Shown: positions 23,387 to 35,438 of the stretch, one piece after another
Layout of the letters: every line of letters starts with the position of its first letter
Numbering within the stretch: position 1 is the first letter of the stretch
Assembly: GCA_973895155.1 (NCBI GenBank)
Contig: OZ316896.1
Coordinates: 10,303,525-10,367,524 of the forward strand
Source: Marsupella aquatica
Lineage: Eukaryota; Plantae; Marchantiophyta
Direction: 5' to 3'
Length of the DNA: 64,000 bases
Made by a program: the position numbers and the translations under genes
The notes under the pieces: generated by a model
Databases searched by the model: none
What the model was told of the DNA's origin: nothing
The model's input: the letters and a program-made list of their open reading frames with translations, nothing else

Positions 23387-26300
23387 TTCATGATTAAATT
23401 CTAACTTTGGATTTCCGGCCAACTTATTTTTCCCCTGACAAATTAATATTTGAAAAGAATTGGCCACTTTAGGCTAAAATTGACCAAAATTCATACAGAG
23501 CTACTTACTCTATTAAACCACACCTGCTGGATCATATATATAAAGGCCTCCAATACATCTCATTCTATCTTGTGGTGAATAGATCCAGGGAGATCTGATA
23601 ATCACAAATGGGTCACTCATTGTAGGGGGCAAGGAACAGTACACATGATGACCCCTAAATTTTCTATATCCAACTGCCTCACCCAACAACAACCTGGTTC
23701 ATAACATCCATTTTGGGGACTCCTCATTTTGCTAGCAAACTCACTAGCCGTTTTGAGTCATAAAAAACACAAAATATATACAAGGCAACGGAAAGCAAAA
23801 GAAAATTTAAAACATCTAGTGTCTCGCTAACAAAATTCATGTTTGCTAGCACTATACACTACCTCACGATCACAAATTAACTTATCGCACTGCCAAAAAG
23901 ACAGGAGGGAGCGCCAAACCGGGAGACATGGTTCCAAAGGCAAAAAAACCCAATAAAGGGGGGAAGCAAAAGACCCAAGAACACCAAAGAGGCCCAAGAA
24001 GTCAATGAGTAACCTAGCAAATAAAATCAAAAGACAAAGGAGAAAACAACAAACAAACAACCCTACTGGCTGTAAACTGAAAAGCCTGGGAGAACTAGAT
24101 AAAAAATATTCCTAGGCACACCAGGTAATATCTCAATACATCTGAAAAACTGTGTAAGTTTTACACACTATTGTTTTTCCAGTTATTTGTTAAGTGTGGT
24201 GGGAAAATGTTAAATCGCCCTCAGATCCATTAGCACAAATTTTTGGGACGCTTGGGATGAGATACGAGTAGTCGCAGTGAAAGTGAACTTGCGAGCCCTG
24301 GCATTTGCTCCAGTTGACCGTTCACTCATTGGGTCTGTGGTACTTGGGCCACAGTTCCTCCAATATCTTCGGTTTCTTCCTTTGACCTTCCCTTCCTTTC
24401 TTCACGACAATCTACTTTGGTTGTAAAGATTATATAGCGATACAGGAGTAACAATTGTAATTTGCCTACGCCCACGATCTGTAGTGTGCAGGTTTCCCTG
24501 GCTCCTGGAATGGTACTCATTGTTGTGAACTTGCCAATCTTCCTTTTTCGGAAGCGCAGAGCTCATTTACTCAGTTGACTACCTTGTCGTTGCTATCCCT
24601 CGATCCGTCGAAGAACCGACAGCTATAATACGATGTCCAAGGTGCTGAATATTACGAGCACTGATCTACCGAGCCCGATCAACCCTCCAGTGCCACTGCA
24701 TGTTAATTCATCATCATCCAGCGATTTTCTGGATTTCAACCATGAACACAAGGAGACTGACTCTGCATTATATCACATTCTTTCTAGATTCTAACCATGT
24801 CTGGAACCCTTCATTGAAGAACTTCACGGCCATCTGATTCGCTGTACAAATCATTTACTTGTGCCAAGAACGTACCGGTTCAATACCTTGCCTTGACCAG
24901 TACATATCTTTAATAAGGAATTAGTAAACTGTCCAATATATTGCAGTTCTCTGTTTTTTATCCGACCCAAAATGTAGGGAAGGATTAAGAAGGTTATTTG
25001 CAGATGATTTCCATCTGTGTCATTAAAGCTAGCTTTCTACGTACACAAGGAGGTTCCCTTCCGCCCTAAGTTACAGGGGCACACACGAGTTTTGCCCACC
25101 ATGTACGTGGCACTAGTCTACATATTAGTCACAATGGGTGAGTTATCGATCTATGCTGGACCTCAGAGCTCCACATACTCGAGCTTTGTTCCATGGCGGG
25201 TTCATCTCCCGAGCCAGTGTCGATGTCGAGATGACTTCTGATCACATGGTAAATTCCAAGAGTACCCGAAAGGATCACACTGTATTACTTGGAGAAAACT
25301 AAGGAAAGGTAGAAGGGTTTGCTAGGCGCCCAACACATTTTGATCTGGATGCAGTTGACAACCAGCTGCACTGGAGTGATTCGTCCCCAATCCAGTGTAA
25401 TCCCGCCCTAAAGAAGTTCTATGTCCTCTAACCCGCCAAACAATTCCATGGTCTCATCTTCAGTATCGGTAGCCTCTGCCGTTTGATGTTGCTGCTGCTC
25501 TTGCTAGCTGACGATGTGTTGCGTTGGCGTCCACAATATCCTCACGTTGTATTTCTGGCAATTGTAACGGCATGCTGAAGTCACGATACTCCAGCTCAGT
25601 GAAGCCGGGGGAGAAGCACCTTCCTTTCGGCACCAGAGCGTTGTATCTACAGATTAGCATCTGCAGGCCTTCGATACATGAGTTTAGAACCGAAACTTTG
25701 TCAGCCTTGCGATTAAAAGGGGTGGGCAAACCCGTTAACTCCAAATGGACAGCTTTCAAGCCCTCCTTGATTCGCTTTCGACGTTTCTGTTCTGCAATTC
25801 TATGGGCTTCAGCAGTCCGACTTCTTTTGCCGGTGCTGGTTTGTTCTTGACTGGGTTCTGGAAGCCCATCCTTGCTCTCTCCATCGTGTGACCCCGCAGC
25901 ATCGGGGACCTGCTCGTGTTGCATCGTTTTGCCCTTCAAAGCCAGACGACGTGACATACTCCCGTCGTCGCTGGTCTGCATCCAGAACGGCTTCGTTGGT
26001 GTTCGAGCTCCAAGATGCTCCAACTGACAGTGCGCAAATTGTGCCAGACGAAAACAATTGATTCAGTATTGCATGCGCAATGTGTATTCAATTTTCGCCA
26101 AAGGAAAGGAAACATGAAGGCCACGAACAGTCGAGTCCCGCAGAGAAGGAGAACGAGGGCGCAGATACAAACATCCCAGGCGCGTTACCCTCGCAGTGAG
26201 TGGCAAGTTAAATAGTGAAATAGACCGCACGCGAGACTTGGAACTCCCGTTCTACTTCGATCGCTTCTGCTCTCCTGCAGCTAGCGGTCTGGTCGGGCTG

Positions 26301-27397
26301 GCTCCCCTCCCGTGAGAATTTTCTTCTGTCCTCTTGGATCGGCAGAGAGATGAGCTCTTCGCTACTGAAAACTTATGAAGCACCGAGAGTTCCTTGTTGT
26401 TGATGTTGTATCTAGTGTAGGAGCTCAAGGGTGTCGTTGGTACTTATATCTGCATGGTAAAAGAATGGTACTCCAGTTCGGTGAAGTCTCGGAAGCACCA
26501 GCTTTCATGCATCAGACTGATATTTGAACAATCAGCAACGCAGTCCCCTTATGTAGTGCAAATTTGTGCTTTTCGCGCTCCCGAGCTATTGTTGAACGAA
26601 CGGGTGCCAGTAGGCCAAGCGTATAATTGCTAATTTTGACCAGTGGCCCCGTCAGCCTAGTACTCTTGCTAATGTTAAAAGTGGGTCCATGCCCCCTGAC
26701 TCTAGTACTCTTGCTAGTTTTAACATATAGCCCGAACTTATACATGGTATATATGGAGTGGTCTGATGAGGCAACGGTGAGCTAGCGGACAGATTTGGAA
26801 ACTGGGACCAACAAAGCTGCAACACCAACGAATCCATTCTTGAGACCCCTGACGAGGGCAGGATGGGTCCTCCTACTTCGACTCAACGAACCAACTCAAG
26901 ATCTAAGAATTGCAACGCTAGTTGAGTAAGCTAGAAGCTATGTTTGTGCGACGTACGTACTCGCAGGTTTGTTGAGCAACTTGTGTCCCTGCGCAGATTC
27001 AGCATCTCTTGTGGAGGTAATTTTGTCTATTCTCTTCATCCCCATTGGACATCTGAAGTGAGATGATCTGCATCTTTCTGGCGCTACGTACTTCTCGGGA
27101 CACACAATTTTACTCTACACTGTATCTGATTTAGGAAAAATGCGTAGTTGCCAGGTACTCTTTGTAGGGGGGCCCCGCTCGTTACTCTACCTTAAGCTCG
27201 TTCTTGTCTTTTTGACATATTTTCGTTCTAGAGTTCTCGACATTCGTTCTTGGCTTTTCGACATTCTTTGCACGCCTTGCATTCAGTTGCACTAATCCTG
27301 ACAGCGGTCTTGTTCCCAAGACATAACTCGGAGTTGCTTGAGTGTATCCCATTTTGTTTAAAGAAACGTGAGTATCGCGTCCAGGAAAACAACAGGA
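23387..27397 (+). repeat. Segmental duplication unit A, direct repeat of 31624-36890
   Basis: Colinear, near-identical sequence including the bHLH ORF; the second copy has an extra insertion at 32299-33469. Confidence 0.92.
25409..26023 (-). pseudogene. bHLH gene fragment, copy 1 (divergent PIF/subfamily VII-like; C-terminal frameshift relative to copy 2)
   Basis: KRSRTAEAHRIAEQKRRKRIKEGLKAVHLELTGLPTPFNRKADKVSVLNSCIEGLQML. The ORF begins at TTG after a probable AG splice acceptor. Confidence 0.7.
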
Positions 27398-28460
27398 TCC
27401 TCTCTCTGGTCCAATTGTATCTGGCCCTTTTGTATATGGTTTAAGTTTGACGTCCTCCCTGACATGCGAAACTACCCGGTGAGTAACGTTAAATTAAATT
27501 TAATGAACATGTATGCATACTGATGAAAAGTCAGTGTCTAACCTTCAGGGAGTTCCATGTTGCAGCAACTTAGTTGCTTGTAGTCGATGCCTGGGCCTTA
27601 TTCCGACGTCTCCTGTACAAACCCATGAGTGTTTATTGTGACGGATCCATCTCTAGAAACAACCCTGGGGGCGCTTGGCATGGGATTCACAGATACAAAT
27701 ACGCGCAATAAAAGGGAGAGCGGCTAATTGTGTTTTAATTTGGAGTGGGACAAATGATCTCTGGGTAAGTGAAATCAGCCCAGTTAACGTCCCTTTGTCT
27801 TGAGACACAAGCCATAGGGTCGTCTTTTGTGGACTGCAGTATCCTTGGCCTGAATATCTTGTGGTGTGCTCAATGCAGGCGTCGGACTCGCTACGGAGTC
27901 TCACCCACGGTATGATATGTGTCCCAAGCTAGGTGCTCAGTGGTACTCGATCATTCTAAGGATCGCAAACCAGATCGCAACTGCTTCTTCTGGGAAGCAT
28001 CCGATTTGTTTGAGGTTCTTGAGGTTATCTTCCATTTTCTATTTGCCCTTTGAATCACGAAGACACGGACATTCTGCTGGAGTCGTGTGGTCTGGAGAAC
28101 AGCTTCGTTGCTGTTGAAGCTTTCGTTTCCAGGTTTCCAAATCTGTCCGCGCGCTCAGACCATTTGCACACCATAGAAGAGTAGGGGGTACGTTATCGAG
28201 GTTTCTGGGCTGGTGTTAAAAATAGCAAGAGTACTAGCTAACGGGCCATGGACCCGCTTCTAGAACTAGCAAGAGTACTAGGCTGACCGGCATGGGGATC
28301 CTTTGTGGCTGCTGTTAAAATTAGCAACAAACTAGTGACAGGGCCATGGGGCCTGAGTGCCCGTTCTCTGAACGAAAGCTCATCAGCTAGAACATCACAA
28401 ATACTCACTTGGAACTGGCCCATTCAAATTACAAGGCCGATTAGCGGGTCTGCATTGCTC

Positions 28461-31395
28461 ATTTCTAAATATCGAGGTATGATGCATGAAAGGTGGTGGT
28501 TCCGAGACTGTGCTTCCGAAACTTTACCGAACAGGAACTTCACTTTCACTTTGTGGTTTTATCGTAGACGATCATAGTTGAGAACTTCGTGAGTGCGAAT
28601 GTCCGGACTGTACGAGTTTGGGGCAGAGCCATGGATCATTACAAAACAGTAGAATTTTGTGGGTAGAGACATAACCCTAGATGATGTTTTTTGCCTCGAA
28701 AAACTCACTATAATGAACAGCGTACATTCGGGGGAAGCTCTAGATTCCGAGGGCCTGAACATTGGAGGAGTGTAGTTAAGTCATCTTCCAGGAATAGTCC
28801 TCCGATCCTCATTTGATCATCTTTCCAGAAGGTCACAGTTCCTAATTGGCTTCTTGCCACAGCTTTACTTCACTGCGCAGCAGGGGCCAAAGAACATTGA
28901 GTCAATTCAAATTAATCAGTTCCAAAATCACCTGGCTCGTAGTCTCAGCTCTCTCGCAAACTTCTTACAAGCAACGAATCTGAGTAGAGTTTTGGAATGT
29001 GAAAATTAAACAATAAATCGTGCTAATCCCATGGTTCACGGCTATGATGGAAGAATAGTCAAATTGATAAGACCTCGTTCCATCTACAGAAGAATAGTCA
29101 AATTGGAACCACCTCGTTCCATCTACCCTGTTCCAAAAATAGAGTGAGTATATAATTGGTGTGACACCAAAATTAAAGTGATTCACACTAAATTGCGTGA
29201 ACATTTTTCTTCAACCTGAATCACACAAATTAAATATATTAAGTCACACACTTTACTTTACAGTATTGAGAGTGTGCTTGAGTCTCACTTTTATGCCTCG
29301 ATTCTAAGTGTTGCTTGACTCTCATTATTATTTTTGGGCATGCTTGATCGAGTCTCACGTACTTTTATGCATCGATTAATTCTAATATTCACGCCCGTGA
29401 GACCAAAAGTGTGAATTCATGTAATTACAGTGACACCTGAAGTAATGTGAGTGACATGATTTTATGTGCTCAAGATGTAAAGTTTGAAGGGCTACGCAAG
29501 TAGTGTAACTAACACTAATTATGGTGTACAGTGTAGCTCCTTACATACTACTTGCATACCCAAGTCAGTGTCCTTGAAGCTTGACTGAGAGCTGAGCAGA
29601 AAGGGAGCATATATTCAGACACTTTTCATCCACCAAATACAGAATGAAAACAGTGCAAGGAAGCTTCGTTGTCAGGTGAGTGAAGAAGACTCCACGTGCT
29701 TTCAATTGATCTCATTGCAGCAACACACCAGAAAACACACAGGAATAAAATTCTTGGGAAAGCAAGCCCTCAATAGAAATAGCTCGTCCATCTGAGGAAT
29801 TCTGTGCCAACCAGGATGGTCATGACGTGTGACCGATTTGTCAATAATGTCATCCTCAACGAGAAAGTAAGCTTGTACACGTGCGCAAGGACGAACGTTT
29901 TCCTTCTCAGTCATTCAGTCACTCAAGTCTCCACCTTCTCAAAGCGGGTTCCAGTAAACAAGAAGGTACTCTCAAGACTAGTTACTCTGACAATCTATCA
30001 ATCAGGCCATCTTCCAAGGACCAAGTAATAGGCGGTCGAAAGTGAATGAATATGCGTTGAACGGGGCGTTGAATACATCTTCCGGGTTGGAAGATCATCT
30101 AAGCAACTATGGTTAGAAATTTGAGATGGCATAAGGTTGTGTAACATACCCACTCATGCACCAGCCGAGTGGGTATTCGGTAAGCTCGTCTTCGTCAACG
30201 AAGCAAGCTAGACGGTCGACCACTCACAATCCTCTGTTCAGCTTGCCAGGATGACAATGAAGACCAGCCTTGTTAATTGTAGCCGTTGGCATTTTCTGTC
30301 GAAATGGACTATTGCCACGTAGTTCACAAACAGAAACTGATACTAAACTATCGAGAATAGAAGATACATTCCGAACAATTGTCCTCCGATGCATTCACTC
30401 TGGCGAATGCGGCAGCTTGCTTGACAAGGGGAAATCTAGCCTCAGGGCACATTGTAGTGGAGCTTCCGTCCACAGCAAGCAATGGAAGAGCGACTTGGAG
30501 TAGAATTACAGTAAGATAAGCGATCCACAGGCTCGGTAAAAGAGAGTAGCATTCAAACGAGTGCAAATCAAACGCAGGGAAATGCGGTGGGCGGATCTAT
30601 CACCGTTTCCACCCATAGTGTTGACTCTTAGGTTTTATGAAATGGATGCGGGTCGTTGACCTTGGATTCCTTTTTCAGCTGCTTGTAGACATCTAAGGAT
30701 TTTCCTTCATCTGCCATACTCCAATCTTGATCTTTCTGGGGCGTCGCACTGGCAGTGCCATTAGTCTCTGCGAGAAAAGGAAGCAGCAAATGAATTCAAT
30801 ATTATGTACTTGTATTCGCAGCACCAGTTTATTGCCTCTCAGGCAGGCTACTCCAAATCCATTCCTGAGCAAGTCTTGCAAAATGCCCTCAGAGAGTCAG
30901 AGCTCAAGCTCGATCGGACCTCTAGAATCATCATATGTCTACCGTGTCTAAGTGCAACCGTGTCTAAGTGCAAGCCAGGGAAGGCATCCAAGCCTGCAGT
31001 TATCCCCGGTATGCACTTCATCGTATGGTGCATGTTGCAACTCCATATGTGCTGGTTGCACTGTCCAATAAGTACATATGAAATGGCTTATGCACTTACA
31101 CATATGTCCTGTCAGGTCATACTTATGAATTTGTCATACCCCGAATACTCATAGTGCACAATTCAATAATTGGATAAGTGCATGAAACTATAATGTGTAG
31201 GTGTCTACTGCACTTATCAATAAATGCTTCTAGCATGTGTGTTGCCATAATTGATTAATGCATCTATACTTTTATCAGGGAATTGTCCTTATATATTTGT
31301 CTTTTAGTGTAGGGGGGGGGGGGGGGGGGCCGGAGGGGCAACTTCGACTTACAAATGGTACATTTTTTGGTGTATTTACAAAGGAATTTGCTGTA
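28461..31395 (+). repeat. Segmental duplication unit B, direct repeat of 46321-49248
   Basis: Colinear, near-identical sequence including a poly-G tract; similarity ends at ...aaggaatttgctgta. Confidence 0.92.
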
Positions 31396-32298
31396 TTATT
31401 GAGGGGAGTACACAACCACCCTGCAGTTATCCATGGAATGCAGCTATACACCCTGCACTCATCAACAGTAGACTGTATTCTTCTCCACATCCCCTTAACC
31501 TACAGTTTGGAAAAAACTTTTTAAGTCATGAGCTACATAATGACCTTTCATGGTTTATTGTGTACCATCAAATCCCTGGCTTTTAGTATCTCTGTTACTT
31601 ACAAAGACAGATCCGTTTCGACATTCATGATTAAATTCTGACTTTGGATTTCCAGCCAACTTCTTTTTCCCCTGACAAATTAATATTTGAAAAGAATTGG
31701 CCACTTTAGGCTAAAATTGACCAAAATTCATACAGAGCTACTTACTCTATTAAACCACACCTGCTGGATCATATATATAAAGGCCTTGAATACAGCTCAT
31801 TCTATCTTGTGGTGAATGGATCCAGGGAGATCTGATAATCACAAATGGGTCACTCATTGTAGGGGGCAAGGAACAGTCAACTTGATGACCCCTAAATTTT
31901 CTATATCCAACTGCCTCACCCAACAACAACCTGGTTCATAACATCCATTTTGGGGACTCCTCGTTTTGCTAGCAAACTCACTAGCCGTTTTGAGTCATAA
32001 AAAAACACAAAATATATACAAGGCAACGGAAAGCAAAAGAAATTTAAAACATCTAGTGTCTCACTAACAAAATTCATGTTTGCTAGCACTATACAATACC
32101 TCACGATCACAAATTAACTTATCGCACTGCCAAAAAGATAGGAGGGAGCGCCAAACCGGGAGACATGGTTCCAAAGGCGAAAAAACCCAATAAAGGGGGG
32201 AAGCAAAAGACCCAATGAGACCAAAGAGGCCAAGAAGTCAAGGAGTAACCTAGCAAATAAAATCAAAAGACAAATTAAGGAGAAAACAACAAACAAAC

Positions 32299-33469
32299 TG
32301 TTGAAAGTTCGGGGACCTATACTGTCCACCAAATCGACCACGTATATTCTACTACTGCTAGACTCATTTGTTGGCCGTCACCGCTATGTAATTAATCTGT
32401 TAGCAACGGTTCTCATTTCCCGGTTTGAGCTGTCGGACAACTTGTCGTGTTGTCGGACACGACAACTTGTCATTTGTCGCCCGAAAATGACCCTATTTGT
32501 CGCATATTCCTTTTTATGCCCCGGTCCGGCCCCGGCCCGACCCGGCCCAATCCCTTCCCGGCCCGGCCCATTCCCTCCCCGACTCTTCCCGGCCCCTTCC
32601 ATTCCCGGCTCGGTCCGGCACCGGGTCAGCCCGGTCTCTTCCCGGCCCGGCCCCGCACCCGGCCCGGCCTCACAAACACTAGGTGAGGGCGGGCCGAGTG
32701 CGGGGCCGGGCCGGGAAGGGGCAGGGCCGGGCCGGGAATGGGAGGGCTGGGCTGGGAATGGGCAGGGGCAGGGCCGGGAAGGGAAGGGGCCGGGAAGGGG
32801 AGGGGTAGGGCCGGGCCGGGAAGGGGGAGGGGAAGGGAAGAGGCCGGGAAGGGGGAGCGGGAGGGCCGGGCCGGGAAGGGGGAGGGGAAGGGAAGAGGCC
32901 GGGAAGGGGAGGGGAAGGGGGAGGGAAGGGGCGGGGCCGGGGAGGGAAGGGACCGGGCCGGGAAGGGGAAGGGACCGGGTGGGATGCGGGGCCGGGCCGG
33001 GAAGGGACCGGGCCGGGGGTAGAGACCGGGCCGGGACCGGGGCGGGGAGTTCGGTCCGGGGCGAGATTTTCCCGTTGGCTTTAAGGGCTGGGAGGAAAGT
33101 AGCCGGGCAGGGAATTACCGGCCGGGAGCCGGACCGGGGACCGGGGTGGACCGGGTGACAACTTGTCGGTTGTCAAGTCCAAAGGCCTCTATTTGTCGGA
33201 CAAGTCCAAACCGGGTCTCATTTAGTGTTACGGTTCAATGACTTATTTATTGTTGCCTACGTACTTAGTGTTCTAGGTGAAGTCACACTTAGTTCTTACC
33301 TTCCGCTACCCACTTTCTGATCTGCCTGTCATGCCGGATGTATCTCAATCTACGGCTCTCCTCTCTGAGCTGGCTCTCCTCTCTGAGCTGTTCACCGGCC
33401 TGACTCCTCTCTCTGTATTTTACCCCTTGATTACGAGCGTTAATCAAGCATTATCAGAAAATTTCCACA
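32299..33469. mobile_element. Probable solo LTR (different family) containing a nested fold-back element
   Basis: Absent from the paralogous site at ~24058; ends tgttgaaa...tttccaca; flanks caaac/caaaa (4 of 5 match). Confidence 0.65.
32390..33250. mobile_element. GC-rich fold-back (MITE/Mutator-like) element
   Basis: Degenerate inverted ends (cccggtttgagctgtcggacaa / ttgtcggacaagtccaaaccggg); C-rich CCCGG left arm and G-rich CCGGG right arm. Boundaries and TSD not resolved. Confidence 0.55.
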
Positions 33470-34826
33470 CAAAAAACCCTACTGGGCTGTAATCTGAAAA
33501 GCCTGGGAGGCCTAGATAAATAATATTCCTAGGCACACCAGGGAATATCTCAATACATCTGAAAAACTGTGTAAGTTTTACACACTATTGTTTTTCCAGT
33601 TATTTGTTAAGTGTGGTGGGAAAATGTTAAATCGCCCTCAGATCCATTAGCACAAATTTTTGGGACGCTTGGGATGAGATCCGAGTAGTCTCAAAGTGAA
33701 CTTGCGAGCCCTGGCATTTGCTCCAGTTGACCGTTCACTCATTGGGTCTGTGGTACTTGGGCCACAGTTCCTCCAATATCTTCGGTTTCTTCCTTTGACC
33801 TTCCCTTCCTTTCTTCACGACAATCTACTGTGGTTATAGAGATTATACAGGGATACAGGAGTAACAACTGTAATTTGCCTAAGCCCACGATCTGTAGTGT
33901 GCAGGTTTCCCTGGCTCCTGGAATGGTACTCCTTGTTGTGACTTGCCAATCTTCCTTTTTCGGAAGCGCAGAGCTCATTTACTCAGTTGACTACCTTGTC
34001 GTTGCTATCCCTCGATCCGTCGAAGAACCGACAGCTATAATACGATGTCCAAGGTGCTGAATATTACGAGCACTGATCTACCGAGCCCGATCAACCCTCC
34101 AGTGCCACTGCATGTTAATTCATCATCATCCAGCGATTTTCTGGATTTCAACCATGAACACAAGGAGACTGAATCTGCATTATATCACATTCTTTCTAGA
34201 TTCTAACCATGTCTGGAACCCTTCATTGAAGAACTTCACGGCCATCTGATTTGATGTACAGATCATTTACTTCTGCCAAGAACGTACCGGTTCAATACCT
34301 TGCCTTGACCAGTACATATCTTTAATAAGAAATTAGTAAACTGTCCAATATATTGCAGTTCTCTGTGTTTTATCCGACCCAAAATGTAGGGAAGGATTAA
34401 GAAGCTAGGTTATTTGCAGATGATTTCCATCTGTGTCATAAAAGCTAGCTTTCTACGTACACAAGGAGGTTCCCTTCCGCCCTAAGTTACAGGGGCACTG
34501 TACACGAGTTTTGCCCACCATGTACGTGGCACTAGTCTACATATTAGTCACAATGGGTGAGTTGTCGATCTATGCTGGACCTCAGAGCTCCACATACTCA
34601 AGCTTTGTTCCATGGCGGGTTCATCTCCCGAGCCAGTGTCGATGTCGAGATGACTTCTGATCACATGGTATATTCCAAGAGTACCCGAAAGGATCACACT
34701 GTATTACTTGGAGAAAACTAAGGAAAGGTAGAAGGGTTTGCTAGGCGCCCAACACATTTTGATCTGGATGCAGTTGACAACCAGCTGCACTGGAGTGATT
34801 CGTCCCCAATCCAGTGTAATCCCGCC

Positions 34827-35438
34827 CTAAAGAAGTTCTATGTCCTCCAACCCGCCAAACAATTCCATGGTCTCATCTTCAGTATCGTTAGCCTCTGCCG
34901 TTTGATGTTGCTGTTGCTCTTGCTGACGATGTGTTGCGTTGGCGTCCACAATATCCTCACGTTGTATTTCTGGCAATTGCAACGGCATGCTGAAGTCACG
35001 ATACTCCAGCTCAGTGAAGCCGGGGGAGAAGCACCTTCCTTTCGGCACCAGAGCGTTGTATCTACAGATTAGCATCTGCAGGCCTTCGATACATGAGTTT
35101 AGAACCGAAACTTTGTCAGCCTTGCGATTAAAAGGGGTGGGAAAACCCGTTAACTCGAAATGGACAGCGTTCAAGCCCTCCTTGATTCGCTTTCGACGAA
35201 TCTGTTCTGCAATTCTATGGGCTTCAGCAGTCCGACTTCTTTTGCCGGTGCTGGTTTGTTCTTGACTGGGTTCTGGAAGCCCATCCTTGCTCTCTCCATC
35301 GTGTGACCCCACAGCATCGGGGACCTGCTCGTGTTGCATCGTTTTGCCCTTCAAAGCCAGACGACGTGACATACTCCCGTCGTCGCTGGTCTGCATCCAG
35401 AACGGCTTCGTTAGTGTTCGAGCTCCAAGATGCTCCAA
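34827..35438 (-). CDS. bHLH coding exon, copy 2 (open frame, 203 codons)
   Basis: Same bHLH motif followed by a Q/E-rich acidic C-terminus; true start codon or upstream exon not identified. Confidence 0.65.
   Translation of the reverse strand: MEHLGARTLTKPFWMQTSDDGSMSRRLALKGKTMQHEQVPDAVGSHDGESKDGLPEPSQEQTSTGKRSRTAEAHRIAEQIRRKRIKEGLNAVHFELTGFPTPFNRKADKVSVLNSCIEGLQMLICRYNALVPKGRCFSPGFTELEYRDFSMPLQLPEIQREDIVDANATHRQQEQQQHQTAEANDTEDETMELFGGLEDIELL

Noticed and set aside
29560-30560. Possible pseudogene in duplication B (also 47420-48480)
   Set aside because: Only short ORFs with no recognisable domain; their similarity between copies just reflects recent duplication.
32301-33158. 285-aa Gly/Arg/Pro-rich ORF
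   Set aside because: Arises from stop-free GC-rich repeats of the fold-back element.
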